The notes below the pieces were generated by a model. It was given only the letters and a program-made list of their open reading frames with translations, was not told the DNA's origin and made no database searches. Below are positions 1-8,628 of a DNA stretch of 64,000 bases, one piece after another. The DNA lies in assembly GCA_964476915.1 (NCBI GenBank), contig CAYZCO010000001.1:4253-68252 (forward strand), read 5' to 3'. This DNA comes from an uncultured Leptolinea sp. (GTDB taxonomy: Bacteria; Chloroflexota; Anaerolineae; Anaerolineales; Anaerolineaceae). A program made the position numbers and the translations under genes. The first letter of the stretch is position 1, and every line of letters begins with the position of its first letter.

Positions 1-290
1 ACAACCTGCGAAATATAGTGCCGGGTTTGTTCTGCGATACTGCGGTTGGCCGGATCTGCCAGCATACCTGATGATTCCTCCCCTACCAGGCTTTCACCGG
101 GCAGTTGCTGCGCTAGCAGCATACCGACCAGAGCCTGGGAGCTGAAATCTGCTACTGTGACGGGCGAGCGGTCAGCTTTTTCGGCTGCCTGCGGTGCCAG
201 TTCAGCCTGGATCTGCCTGATCAGCAGGGATGCCTGGCTGACTGCATCAATCGCAAACTGGATGTGGGGGTCGTTGAATTGGATGGTCAT
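1..290 (-). CDS. Inositol monophosphatase / CysQ (3'(2'),5'-bisphosphate nucleotidase) family protein; N-terminal part only, gene runs off the window start
   Basis: Manual minus-strand translation from ATG at 290-288 gives MTIQFNDPHIQFAIDAVSQASLLIRQIQAELAPQAAEKADRSPVTVADFSSQALVGMLLAQQLPGES... with no stop before position 1. 'DRSPVTVAD' resembles the IMPase-family DxSPVTxAD metal-binding motif. GAGG sits 6 nt upstream of the ATG. The listed 46..321 plus-strand ORF is antisense to this gene. Confidence 0.5.
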   Translation of the reverse strand, partial: MTIQFNDPHIQFAIDAVSQASLLIRQIQAELAPQAAEKADRSPVTVADFSSQALVGMLLAQQLPGESLVGEESSGMLADPANRSIAEQTRHYISQV

Positions 291-347
291 AGTGCCTCGT
301 TTCGCTCAGCTGGCATTATAACATTTGCCTTGCAGCGTACTCTCTGG

Positions 348-380
348 TAAAAAACAGACTCCCGGATTTTCCGGGAGTCT
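348..380 (-). terminator. Rho-independent terminator downstream of lpdA (minus strand)
   Basis: Perfect inverted repeat AGACTCCCGG-ATTTT-CCGGGAGTCT at 356-380. On the minus strand it is followed by a U-run (plus-strand A-run 348-353). Confidence 0.75.
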
Positions 381-399
381 GATAATGATTTAATCCGGC

Positions 400-1797
400 T
401 TACATGTGGATGCAGTGCCCTTCAACGTCGTGGGCAGCTTCCAACACCACTTCACTCAGGGTGGGGTGGGAGTGGACATTGCGGGAAATCTCAGCAGCGG
501 TCAGCTCCATGCGCTGTGCCAGGGTGAGCTCCGGCAGCAGTTCTGATGCTTCGGGCCCGATCAGGTGGGCTCCCAAAATTTCTCCATACTTAGCATCTGA
601 GATAATTTTTGCAAAACCGACACCTTCGCCCACGCCAAGTGCTTTACCGTTTGCCATGAAATTGAACCGTCCCACTTTGACTTCGTACCCGGCTTCCTTT
701 GCCTGTGCTTCGGTATAGCCAAAAGAGGCAACCTGCGGGCTGCAGAAGGTGGTGCGCGGCATCATGCGGTAGTCAAGGGTAACCGTTTCAGCGCCGGCAA
801 TGTTCTCTGCGCAGACAATGCCCATATTTTCCGCCACATGCGCCAGGAGGAGCTTGCCGGTCACATCGCCGATTGCCCAAATGCCGGGCACACTGGTTGC
901 CATGCGGTCGTCAATGTCAATATGGCCTCGTTCGGTCAGTTTGACTCCAGCTGCTTCCAGTCCAAGGTCGGCGGTGTTGGGTTTGAACCCGATCGCCACC
1001 AGCGCCTGTTCGGATTCGATCACTTTTTCGCCGTCCGGTGCGCTTACCTTTACCACCACACCTTTTTCATTGGCTTCGACGGATTGCACCCGGGTTCCGG
1101 TCATAATGGTAATACCGCGGCGTTTGTATTGCTTTGCAAGCTCGTTGCTGACCTCTTCATCTTCCAGGGGCAGGATGCGCGGCAACATTTCGACCAGGGT
1201 TACCTTGGTGCCGTAGGATGACCATATAGTGGAAAATTCAACACCGATCGCGCCTGCGCCGATGATCACGGCTGATTCAGGCAGGTTAGTCTGCAAAATG
1301 GCTTCGTGGTATGAGATAACACGCTTGCCGTCAAGGGTGATCCCGGGAACGGAGATGGCATGCGAACCGGTGGCAATCACGATATTCTCTGCAGTGAATT
1401 CGCTGGTCTTGCCCTCGGCATCAGTAACCTGGACACGGTCTTTCGCCAGCAATTTGGCAGCGCCCATATGCACATCGATCTTGTTCTTCTTCATCAGGAA
1501 ACCTACACCCTTGGTGAGCCGTTCAGATACCTGGCGGCTGCGGGTAACCGCCTTGGAATAGTCCAGGGTGAGGTTATCGAACGAAATACCGAATTCAGCT
1601 GCCCTTTCGCGCAGGGTGTGCGCCAGTTCGGCATTCTTCAACAGGGATTTGGAGGGAATGCAGCCCACATTCAGGCAGACCCCGCCCAGCCATTGTTTAT
1701 CAATAATGGCAGTTTTCAATCCCAGCTGAGAAGCGCGGATGGCGCTGACATATCCGCCGGGACCAGCCCCAATAACGATCACATCGTAATCACTCAT
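400..1797 (-). CDS. lpdA: Dihydrolipoyl (lipoamide) dehydrogenase, E3 component
   Basis: 465 aa. N-terminal FAD-binding GxGxxG (VIVIGAGPGGY), redox-active disulfide motif GGVCLNVGCIPSK, second NAD-binding fold (VIIGAGAIGVEF), C-terminal dimerisation region with HAHPTLSE. Confidence 0.92.
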   Translation of the reverse strand: MSDYDVIVIGAGPGGYVSAIRASQLGLKTAIIDKQWLGGVCLNVGCIPSKSLLKNAELAHTLRERAAEFGISFDNLTLDYSKAVTRSRQVSERLTKGVGFLMKKNKIDVHMGAAKLLAKDRVQVTDAEGKTSEFTAENIVIATGSHAISVPGITLDGKRVISYHEAILQTNLPESAVIIGAGAIGVEFSTIWSSYGTKVTLVEMLPRILPLEDEEVSNELAKQYKRRGITIMTGTRVQSVEANEKGVVVKVSAPDGEKVIESEQALVAIGFKPNTADLGLEAAGVKLTERGHIDIDDRMATSVPGIWAIGDVTGKLLLAHVAENMGIVCAENIAGAETVTLDYRMMPRTTFCSPQVASFGYTEAQAKEAGYEVKVGRFNFMANGKALGVGEGVGFAKIISDAKYGEILGAHLIGPEASELLPELTLAQRMELTAAEISRNVHSHPTLSEVVLEAAHDVEGHCIHM

Positions 1798-1929
1798 GGT
1801 AACCTCGATATTGTTAATATTTCGATCTTCTATAAGAAAAACTTTCCCGTATTATACCCATTTCAAGTGCTGTCTGCCACTTTTACCATCTTGTGCTATA
1901 TTAGGTTTATCACTCAAGAAGAGGATCCG

Positions 1930-3927
1930 ATGAAAACTATAACCGCACAAGATCTATACCGTTTTCAGCTTGCCAGTGGAGTGCGCATCTCCCCTGACGG
2001 AAGCAAAGTGGTCTACGTCCAGCACCGCGTGGACCAGAAGACCGAGAAGAAATACTCCAATTTGTGGCTGGCAGATACCGAAGGTGGAACACCGGTTCAG
2101 TTCACCTATGGCGACCATGTCGATACCGCACCTGAATGGTCACCGGATGGTAAGAGCATTGCCTTCCTGTCAAACCGGAAGAACGATGCCCGCCCGCCGC
2201 AGCTTTTCGTCATTTCGTTGATGGGCGGTGAAGCCCGCCCGCTGCAGGAAGTTGCCGGCAGTGTCGGATCGCTGGCCTGGTCTCCGGACGGGAAGCACCT
2301 GGCTTGCACCGTACAAAAAATGGACCCCGAAGCCCTGGAACGCGAAAAAGATGAAAGCAAGAAGAAACTGGGTGTGGTTTACCGCCAGTATGACCGGCTT
2401 TTCTACAAGCTGGACGGTGTGGGTTACCTGCCGCATGAACGCTGGCACCTGTGGAGATTTGACGTAAAGACCGGTAAAGGCACCCAGTTGACCGACCACA
2501 AAGTCTTTGACGAAGAGTACCACTTCTGGTCTCCGGATGGGAAAACGATCGGGTTTGTTTCCAACCGCACTCCGGAACCGGATGCTGATTTCTACGCGTT
2601 GGGACTGTACACCATTCCAGCCAGCGGCGGTGAAATAACGGAAATCCCCACGCCCAAGGGCAGCAAAGCGCACCCTTCGTTCTCACCAGACGGCAAATGG
2701 ATCGCATATTATGGCGTGGAGTGCGAGAAGGAAGAATACCTGAACGACAGCCTTTTTGTTGTGCCGGCAGACGGCAGCGCTGCCCCGCGCAACCTGACAG
2801 ACGCTTACGACCTGCATATTTCCAATTGGACGATCAACGACCTGGGAACCCCCGAAATGATGGCGCCGCTTTGGTCTCTGGACAGTAAAAGGATAACTTT
2901 CCCTGTAACCTACCACGGCAGCAGCATCCTGAAGAGCGTGGCAGTGGATGGCAGGGACTTGCAGACAGTGGTGGATGAGGGCGGCGTTGCCAGCGGCTGG
3001 ACAGTGGACAAGGCGCAGCAGAAGATGGCTTACATGTGGGGGCATATGTACGATCCCTCACAGGTGGCGGTCCAGGACCTGAAGACTGGCAAGCGCAAGG
3101 TACTGACAACACTCAATAAAGACATTTTTGCGAAAGCGGCTCTGAGTAAGGTTGAAGAGGTCTGGTATAAAGGCGGCGCAGGCAATGACCTGCAGGGGTG
3201 GATCATGACCCCGCCCGATTTTGATCCCGCCAAGAAGTACCCTTCGATCCTCTACATTCACGGCGGACCGCTGGTGCAGTATGGCAAGTTCTTTATGCAT
3301 GAATTCAACTACCTGGCTGCCCAGGGATATGTGGTGCATTTCACCAACCCGCGCGGCGGCAGGGGCTACGGGTTTGACCATGCCAAGGTCAACCATGGCA
3401 AGTGGGGCACGGCTGATTATGATGACTTGATGGCCTGGACAGATTACGTGGAGAAACTGCCTTACATCGATAAAGACCGTATGGGAGTTGCTGGCGGTAG
3501 CTACGGAGGATACATGACCCTGTGGATTGTCGGGCATACCCACCGCTTCAAGGCAGGTGTTTCCCAGCGCTGTGTGAGCAACTTCATCAGCGAATGGGGC
3601 TCGAGTGATGTCAATTACTCCTTCGAACAGGAACTGCAGGCAGGTGCCCCATTCCAGGACCTGGAGAAGTACTGGAATATGTCGCCCATGAAGTACATCG
3701 GCAATGCCCGCACGCCTACCCTTATCATCCACAATGAAAATGACATGCGCTGCCCGATCGAGCAAGGTGAACAGGCATACGTGGCGTTGAAGCGGATCGG
3801 GGTGGAGACTGAAATGGTGCGTTTCCCGGATGAGTTCCACGGGCTATCCCGCAACGGCCGCACCGACCGGAGAATTGCCCGGTTAAATCACATCCTGCGG
3901 TGGTTTAATAAGTACTTAAAGAAGTAA
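1930..3927 (+). CDS. S9 family serine peptidase (acylaminoacyl-peptidase / prolyl oligopeptidase-like): N-terminal beta-propeller, C-terminal alpha/beta hydrolase
   Basis: Internal ATG at 1930 (MKTITAQDLYRF...), in frame with the listed ORF 1360..3927 whose upstream part overlaps lpdA on the other strand. Repeated SPDG propeller motifs; catalytic Ser in GGSYGGYMT; Asp/His region (ENDMRCP, FPDEFHG). Confidence 0.8.
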   Translation: MKTITAQDLYRFQLASGVRISPDGSKVVYVQHRVDQKTEKKYSNLWLADTEGGTPVQFTYGDHVDTAPEWSPDGKSIAFLSNRKNDARPPQLFVISLMGGEARPLQEVAGSVGSLAWSPDGKHLACTVQKMDPEALEREKDESKKKLGVVYRQYDRLFYKLDGVGYLPHERWHLWRFDVKTGKGTQLTDHKVFDEEYHFWSPDGKTIGFVSNRTPEPDADFYALGLYTIPASGGEITEIPTPKGSKAHPSFSPDGKWIAYYGVECEKEEYLNDSLFVVPADGSAAPRNLTDAYDLHISNWTINDLGTPEMMAPLWSLDSKRITFPVTYHGSSILKSVAVDGRDLQTVVDEGGVASGWTVDKAQQKMAYMWGHMYDPSQVAVQDLKTGKRKVLTTLNKDIFAKAALSKVEEVWYKGGAGNDLQGWIMTPPDFDPAKKYPSILYIHGGPLVQYGKFFMHEFNYLAAQGYVVHFTNPRGGRGYGFDHAKVNHGKWGTADYDDLMAWTDYVEKLPYIDKDRMGVAGGSYGGYMTLWIVGHTHRFKAGVSQRCVSNFISEWGSSDVNYSFEQELQAGAPFQDLEKYWNMSPMKYIGNARTPTLIIHNENDMRCPIEQGEQAYVALKRIGVETEMVRFPDEFHGLSRNGRTDRRIARLNHILRWFNKYLKK

Positions 3928-3944
3928 GCGGCTAGGGATAATGC

Positions 3945-3982
3945 AAAAAAGAGGCTGCCCTGAAACAGGGCAGCCTCTTTTT
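3945..3982. terminator. Bidirectional intrinsic terminator between convergent S9 peptidase and trpS
   Basis: AAAAAA-GAGGCTGCCCTG-AAAC-AGGGCAGCCTC-TTTTT: perfect 12-bp stem flanked by an A-run and a T-run. Confidence 0.8.
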
Positions 3983-4152
3983 AAGTTCAGGGCGAGATCC
4001 TTCGGTCGCAAGCTCTCTCAGGATGACAGTGGGGTGGGTTTGTCACTCTGAGCAAAGCGAAGAGTCTCGCATTGAATGAGGAGAATAGGGAAGAATAGCA
4101 AAGAGCGCAAAGATGATCCTCGCGCTCTCAATATTCTCGAGCTTCCTGTCTC

Positions 4153-5154
4153 TTACTTCGTGGGAGGCAGACCAATGGCATCACGCACCAGAGCCATTGT
4201 CTCTTCTGCCAAAACACGAGCGTGCTTTGCACCGTCATGCAGCACATCCATGACAGCTTCCGGTTTCTGGTCCAGCTCGGTCCGGCGGGCGCGGAACGGT
4301 TCCAGGTGCTTGTTGATATTCTGTGCCAGCAGTTTCTTGCAATCCACGCAGCCGATCCCAGCCACACGGCACTCACGGTTGACCATTTCCACCTCTTCCG
4401 GGTTGGAAAAGATTTTATGGAAGGAAAACACATTGCAGACATCCGGGTTTCCGGGATCACTGCGGCGCTGGCGGGCAGGGTCAGTGACCATGGTCATCAC
4501 CCGTTTGGTGGTTTCTTCGGGGGTAGCAGCCAACTCTATGTGATTGTTCAGGCTCTTGCTCATCTTTTGCTGCCCGTCGGTGCCCAGTACCTTGGGTACT
4601 TTGGTTGCTTTCATGTGCGGTTCCACCAGCACATTGGTGTTGTAGCGGAAATTAAATGAGCGAACCAGTTCACGTGCAAATTCCAGGTGAGGAGCCTGGT
4701 CAATTCCCACCGGTACGTAGTTGGCCCGGTAAAGCAGGATGTCGGCTGCCATCAGGATTGGATAACCCAGCAGACCGTAGTTAACGTTGTCAGGATGCTG
4801 GCGTACTTTTTCTTTGAATGTAGGCAGGTCGGTCAATTTCCCCAGGGGAGTGACCATCGAAAGATAGGTGTGCAGCTCGGTTACTTCGGGGACATGGCTC
4901 TGGATAAAGATAACCGATTCCTGCGGATCCATCCCGGCTGCCAGCCAGTCCAATGCCATCTCGTATGCATTCTGGCGCAGTTCCAGCGTGGTCTCCATTG
5001 TTGTGAGGGCATGGATATCCACGATGCAGTAAATGCAATGGTAATCTTTCTGCAGGGCAACGTAATTTTGGATTGCTCCCAGGTAATTTCCCAGGTGCTG
5101 CCTGCCGGTCGGCCTGGCGCCTGAGAAAACGGTCCCTTTCTTTTTGCTCATCAT
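4153..5154 (-). CDS. trpS: Tryptophanyl-tRNA synthetase
   Basis: 333 aa class I aaRS. HIGH-type motif (TGRQHLGNY) and KMSKS (KMSKSLNN). The ATGATG start overlaps the stop of the upstream selenoprotein gene (A-TGA-TGA), indicating translational coupling. Confidence 0.9.
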   Translation of the reverse strand: MMSKKKGTVFSGARPTGRQHLGNYLGAIQNYVALQKDYHCIYCIVDIHALTTMETTLELRQNAYEMALDWLAAGMDPQESVIFIQSHVPEVTELHTYLSMVTPLGKLTDLPTFKEKVRQHPDNVNYGLLGYPILMAADILLYRANYVPVGIDQAPHLEFARELVRSFNFRYNTNVLVEPHMKATKVPKVLGTDGQQKMSKSLNNHIELAATPEETTKRVMTMVTDPARQRRSDPGNPDVCNVFSFHKIFSNPEEVEMVNRECRVAGIGCVDCKKLLAQNINKHLEPFRARRTELDQKPEAVMDVLHDGAKHARVLAEETMALVRDAIGLPPTK

Positions 5155-5402
5155 TTGCCTTCTTTCAGGTATTTCTCCACCAGTGCCCTTACCTCGCCGG
5201 GTTCTGCATGCAAACCGGTTTTTAGCTTGGAGTAGAGAAGAGTACCATTAACGGTAACCTCATACCGTCCACCGCTGGAAGGAATGAGGGTAATCTGTTC
5301 GATCTCGGGTTCGTGAAATTCCAATAATTCTGCTGCCAAACTGACAGCCCGGGGGGTGTAGTGTCAAACCGCACAGTATTCGATGGTGATTTTCAGCAAC
5401 AT
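5151..5402 (-). CDS. SelW/Rdx-family selenoprotein (CxxU) with in-frame UGA selenocysteine codon
   Basis: Manual translation from ATG at 5402: MLLKITIEYCAV-[TGA at 5366-5364]-HYTPRAVSLAAELLEFHEPEIEQITLIPSSGGRYEVTVNGTLLYSKLKTGLHAEPGEVRALVEKYLKEGK*. The frame stays open on both sides of the TGA. GGGAG RBS 5 nt upstream. Sequence matches the Rdx/SelW fold pattern (beta1-CxxU-helix, then the GGxFEV-like GGRYEVTV motif). The ORF track only shows the post-UGA half (5151..5339, TTG-initiated). Confidence 0.7.
5332..5348 (-). promoter_or_regulatory. Putative bacterial SECIS hairpin downstream of the UGA
   Basis: On the mRNA: UGA + 15 nt, then GCUGUC-AGUUU-GGCAGC (6-bp stem including one G-U pair, 5-nt loop). 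The position is roughly compatible with bacterial SECIS elements. Only the short stem was found by eye. Confidence 0.3.
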
Positions 5403-5435
5403 GGTGTCTCCCAATTGGTGATGGTTTCTGGCTGA

Positions 5436-5441
5436 ATTATA
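5436..5441 (-). promoter_or_regulatory. Candidate extended -10 (TGATATAAT) for the selW-like/trpS operon
   Basis: Minus-strand reading cTTGATATAATtc lies about 35 nt upstream of the selW-like ATG, in the divergent region shared with the sugar transferase gene. Confidence 0.25.
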
Positions 5442-5510
5442 TCAAGAGTCCATTCATGTTTATGATATGATACAAACCTGATGACGAAAGGTGCAGTGAC
5501 AGTGTAATTT

Positions 5511-6140
5511 ATGGCAAAACTACTACCGGCAGGCATCCCGGTGAGCAAGCGCATCTTCGACCTGGTCCTGACTACCCTTGGCCTGGCAATCCTATCCCCG
5601 TTCCTGCTGATTCTCATCCTGCTGGTCTGGATAAATCATGGTAAACCGGTTTTCTTCCGCCAGGTGCGCCCGGGATACATGGCACAGCCCTTCAGGATCT
5701 TTAAATTCCGAACCATGCGCGACCTGTACGACAGTGATGGGAACCTGCTTCCGGATGCAGAGCGATTAACCCGTTTTGGCCGGTTCATGCGCTCATTCAG
5801 CCTGGATGAAATCCCCGAATTATTCAATGTATTACTGGGCGATATGAGCCTGGTCGGACCCCGCCCGCTGCTTATGAGCTACCTGCCGCGCTATTCGGCC
5901 GAACAGATGCGCCGGCATAATGTAATCCCCGGGATGACCGGCTGGGCGCAGGTGAACGGGCGCAATGCCCTATCCTGGCCGAAGCGCCTGCGGATGGATG
6001 TCTGGTATGTGGACAACTGGTCGTTCTGGCTGGATATTAAGATCCTTGTGATGACCATGATAAAGGTCCTCAAAAGGGAGGGGATCAGCGAGCCGGGGCA
6101 GGCCACTGTATCCGAATTTATGGGGACAAAAGAGGAATAG
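5511..6140 (+). CDS. Polyprenyl-phosphate sugar phosphotransferase (bacterial sugar transferase, WbaP/PglC-like C-terminal domain family)
   Basis: 209 aa. N-terminal TM helix, then conserved RPGYMAQPFRIFKFRTM...DEIPELFNVLLGDMSLVGPRP motif block typical of exopolysaccharide priming sugar transferases. Confidence 0.8.
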   Translation: MAKLLPAGIPVSKRIFDLVLTTLGLAILSPFLLILILLVWINHGKPVFFRQVRPGYMAQPFRIFKFRTMRDLYDSDGNLLPDAERLTRFGRFMRSFSLDEIPELFNVLLGDMSLVGPRPLLMSYLPRYSAEQMRRHNVIPGMTGWAQVNGRNALSWPKRLRMDVWYVDNWSFWLDIKILVMTMIKVLKREGISEPGQATVSEFMGTKEE

Positions 6141-6146
6141 AAAACC

Positions 6147-7172
6147 TCAGGGGGTAAGCGGGGCGATCAAGCCGGCTTCCAGGCTTTTGCGTATTTTTTC
6201 CACATTTTGCAGCTTGCCAGGGGTCAGATGCTGGTCGTTGATATCCCGAATCTGCAAAGGGGCGGTGACAACCGATGATTCTGCGTTACCCAGGATATAC
6301 TCCTGCAATGACAGGAGCGCTGCCGGCAGGTCAAACCCGATCGTGGCGGCGTACATTGATTGGACGGTATCCGGAGGGGAATCACTGCCGAGCAGGATGA
6401 CCCCTTTGCCAGCAAGGTCAGCCTGCAAGACAGGGTCAGAAGCATATTCGTCCAGGTACATCACATACACCACGTTGAGCAGCAATTCATTTGCCAGTCC
6501 CTGCCAGGCAGTAGTATCGGCGCCGGCAGAAAGGTAACCAACCAGCGGGAATTGCACCAGGGGGGAATAATAAGGATAACAGGTTCCGCAAAAATAACCC
6601 CCGCCGTTTTGGAAGGCATACACCTGGGGCGGGCCGTACGGTTCATCCGCAAGGAACAGCCCGGCTGACCGGAAGTCTGGTGCGATGACAGTGCTGGCAT
6701 AACCAGCCAGGAATGCCCTGGCTGCAAGCGGAAGATAGACCACAGCCAGGTTGGCGCTGGAGGTTTGCTGAGAACGGGTGACCGCAACCAGGCGGGCTTC
6801 GGGGTTGCCTGCTGCCAGTTCAACCGGGTTGGATGTTTCAACCAGGTATATGACCACTTCAGCGTTTTCCGGTACGGTACCGGCTGCTTCGGCGCCCAGC
6901 TCAACCACATTCAGGTCTGCCTTTGCGGCGGTATCTTGTATAGCAGTGCGGATGGCTTGTTGCTGCCCGGCATCCCATGTTTCTAACCCAATAACGGCGA
7001 GATTAGCCTGCTGCGGCAAGGCTGGAGTATCCTCTGCCGGAGGGGCTGCAGTTTCAATCACAGGAGGTTCAGTTGGGGACGGGCTTGCGGAAGGTTGGGC
7101 ACAACTGCTAAGCAGCAGAACCAGCAGGAGAATGATTGCCAGGATGGATTGATATTTATGGGGCGGCAGCAT
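6147..7172 (-). CDS. Secreted lipoprotein, possibly BMP/PnrA-like substrate-binding fold
   Basis: Signal peptide with lipobox (LLLSSCAQP). Pro/Ala/Thr-rich linker. Periplasmic-binding-protein-like body with an AFLAGYAS motif reminiscent of the BMP family. Family assignment is tentative. Confidence 0.4.
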   Translation of the reverse strand: MLPPHKYQSILAIILLLVLLLSSCAQPSASPSPTEPPVIETAAPPAEDTPALPQQANLAVIGLETWDAGQQQAIRTAIQDTAAKADLNVVELGAEAAGTVPENAEVVIYLVETSNPVELAAGNPEARLVAVTRSQQTSSANLAVVYLPLAARAFLAGYASTVIAPDFRSAGLFLADEPYGPPQVYAFQNGGGYFCGTCYPYYSPLVQFPLVGYLSAGADTTAWQGLANELLLNVVYVMYLDEYASDPVLQADLAGKGVILLGSDSPPDTVQSMYAATIGFDLPAALLSLQEYILGNAESSVVTAPLQIRDINDQHLTPGKLQNVEKIRKSLEAGLIAPLTP

Positions 7173-7249
7173 GGCTCAATTTTACCTTACTTGTTAAGAA
7201 TCCTCTAACCGCAAAGGGAAATCAGACAAATCTTGTTATAATTGGCGCC

Positions 7250-8566
7250 ATGCCAAAATACCATATTTGGACTGAAGGCTGCCAGATGAATGTTGCTGAT
7301 TCACAGCGGGTGGCATCTGCGCTTGAGCACCTGGGTTACCATGAAACCCGCCAGGCGGCTGAAGCGGATGTGATCGTCCTGAACACCTGCGTTGTGCGCC
7401 AGAGCGCTGAAGATAAAGCCTATGGCAGGCTGCAGTCCTTAAGACCTTTGAAAGAAAGCAACCCATCCCTGGTGATCAACCTGATGGGCTGCATGGTGGG
7501 TACCCGTACGCCGGATATCCTGAAAAAGCGCCTGCCGATGGTTGATGTGTTTTCGCCGCCATCAGATCCGGAGCCATTGATCGCCCATTTAACCCAGCAG
7601 GAAAGCCAGCAGATGGAGTTGAGTGAGACTGCCCGCCGGTTTGCCTGGATGGATGGTGAACTGGAATTACCCGAGAAGGCACGCGGAAGGCAGGTGACTG
7701 CCTTCATCCCGGTGGTATACGGCTGCAGCCATGCCTGTGCCTATTGCATCATCCCTTACCGCAGGGGCAGGGAGCATTCCCGTCCGCCAGAAGATGTGCT
7801 GGCCGAAGCCCGCTCGCTGGCAGCCCAGGGTGTCAAAGAAATCACCCTGCTCGGGCAGATCGTTGACCGCTATGGCAAGGACGAGCCGGGGTATCCCCGC
7901 CTGCCTGGCTTGCTTGAAATGCTTCATGAAGTGGACGGCATAGAGCGCATCCGGTTCCTGACTTCCCACCCCAACTGGCTGAGCGATGAGCTGATCGATT
8001 GTGTGCAGCGGCTGCCCAAGGTTATGCCGCACATTGAAGTGCCAGCCCAGGCTGGTGATGATACCATCCTGGCTGCCATGCGGCGCGGCTACACTGATGC
8101 AGAGTACCGCAGCCTGGTTGAACGTATCCGCGGGCGGATTCAGGGCGTTTCGATCGCCACAGATATTATTGTCGGCTTCCCCGGGGAAACCGAAGCCCAA
8201 TTTGAGAATACCTACCGCCAGCTGCAGGACTTGAAGCTGGATGTTGCACACCTGGCCAGGTATTCACCCCGTTCGGGCACGCTTTCCGAGCGGACCATGC
8301 CGGATGATGTCCCGGAAAAAGAGAAATGGCGCCGTTTCCGTTTGCTGGAAGATCTGCAGGAGGGGATTGCTGCGGAAATTCATGCAAAATACCTGGGACA
8401 GAATGTAGAAGTCCTGTTTGAAGACAAGGTCAAGCAGCGCTGGCGTGGAAGGACCCCGACCAACAAGCTTGTCTTTGTGGAAACCGAGCAAAATCTGTTG
8501 GGGAAGATCTTGCCGGTTAAGATCAACTGGACAGGCCCCTGGTCGATGATTGGGGAGCTTGCTTGA
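7250..8566 (+). CDS. miaB: tRNA-i6A37 methylthiotransferase (radical SAM MTTase)
   Basis: Start chosen at MPKYHIWTEGCQMN (internal ATG of ORF 7136..8566). UPF0004 N-domain Cys residues; radical SAM CxxxCxxC (GCSHACAYC); TRAM-like C-terminus. Confidence 0.85.
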   Translation: MPKYHIWTEGCQMNVADSQRVASALEHLGYHETRQAAEADVIVLNTCVVRQSAEDKAYGRLQSLRPLKESNPSLVINLMGCMVGTRTPDILKKRLPMVDVFSPPSDPEPLIAHLTQQESQQMELSETARRFAWMDGELELPEKARGRQVTAFIPVVYGCSHACAYCIIPYRRGREHSRPPEDVLAEARSLAAQGVKEITLLGQIVDRYGKDEPGYPRLPGLLEMLHEVDGIERIRFLTSHPNWLSDELIDCVQRLPKVMPHIEVPAQAGDDTILAAMRRGYTDAEYRSLVERIRGRIQGVSIATDIIVGFPGETEAQFENTYRQLQDLKLDVAHLARYSPRSGTLSERTMPDDVPEKEKWRRFRLLEDLQEGIAAEIHAKYLGQNVEVLFEDKVKQRWRGRTPTNKLVFVETEQNLLGKILPVKINWTGPWSMIGELA

Positions 8567-8628
8567 TCCCGATGTAAGCGAAACCTTTCCCTTACCTCTG
8601 GTACAATACACAGCGGAGTAACCAGCCC

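Noticed and set aside
46-321. 91-aa plus-strand ORF at the window start
   Set aside because: Composition is not protein-like (Ser/Ala/Cys/Trp-rich). It is antisense to a convincing minus-strand IMPase/CysQ-family N-terminus (MTIQFNDPHIQF...DRSPVTVAD...) that starts at 290 and leaves the window.
1360-1929. 5' extension of ORF 1360..3927 (190 extra codons)
   Set aside because: Overlaps lpdA on the opposite strand and translates to low-complexity sequence. The peptidase clearly begins at the internal ATG at 1930 after the lpdA start region.
4102-4128. GAGCGC...GCGCTC inverted repeat just downstream of trpS
   Set aside because: 6-bp stem with a 13-nt loop and no U-run. The strong bidirectional terminator at 3945-3982 already serves this convergent gene pair.
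5403-5510. T-box leader upstream of trpS (and in 50701..50769 upstream of lysS)
   Set aside because: Leaders are far too short (about 30 and about 70 nt). There is no specifier loop or T-box consensus (AATTAGAGTGGTACCGCG-like).
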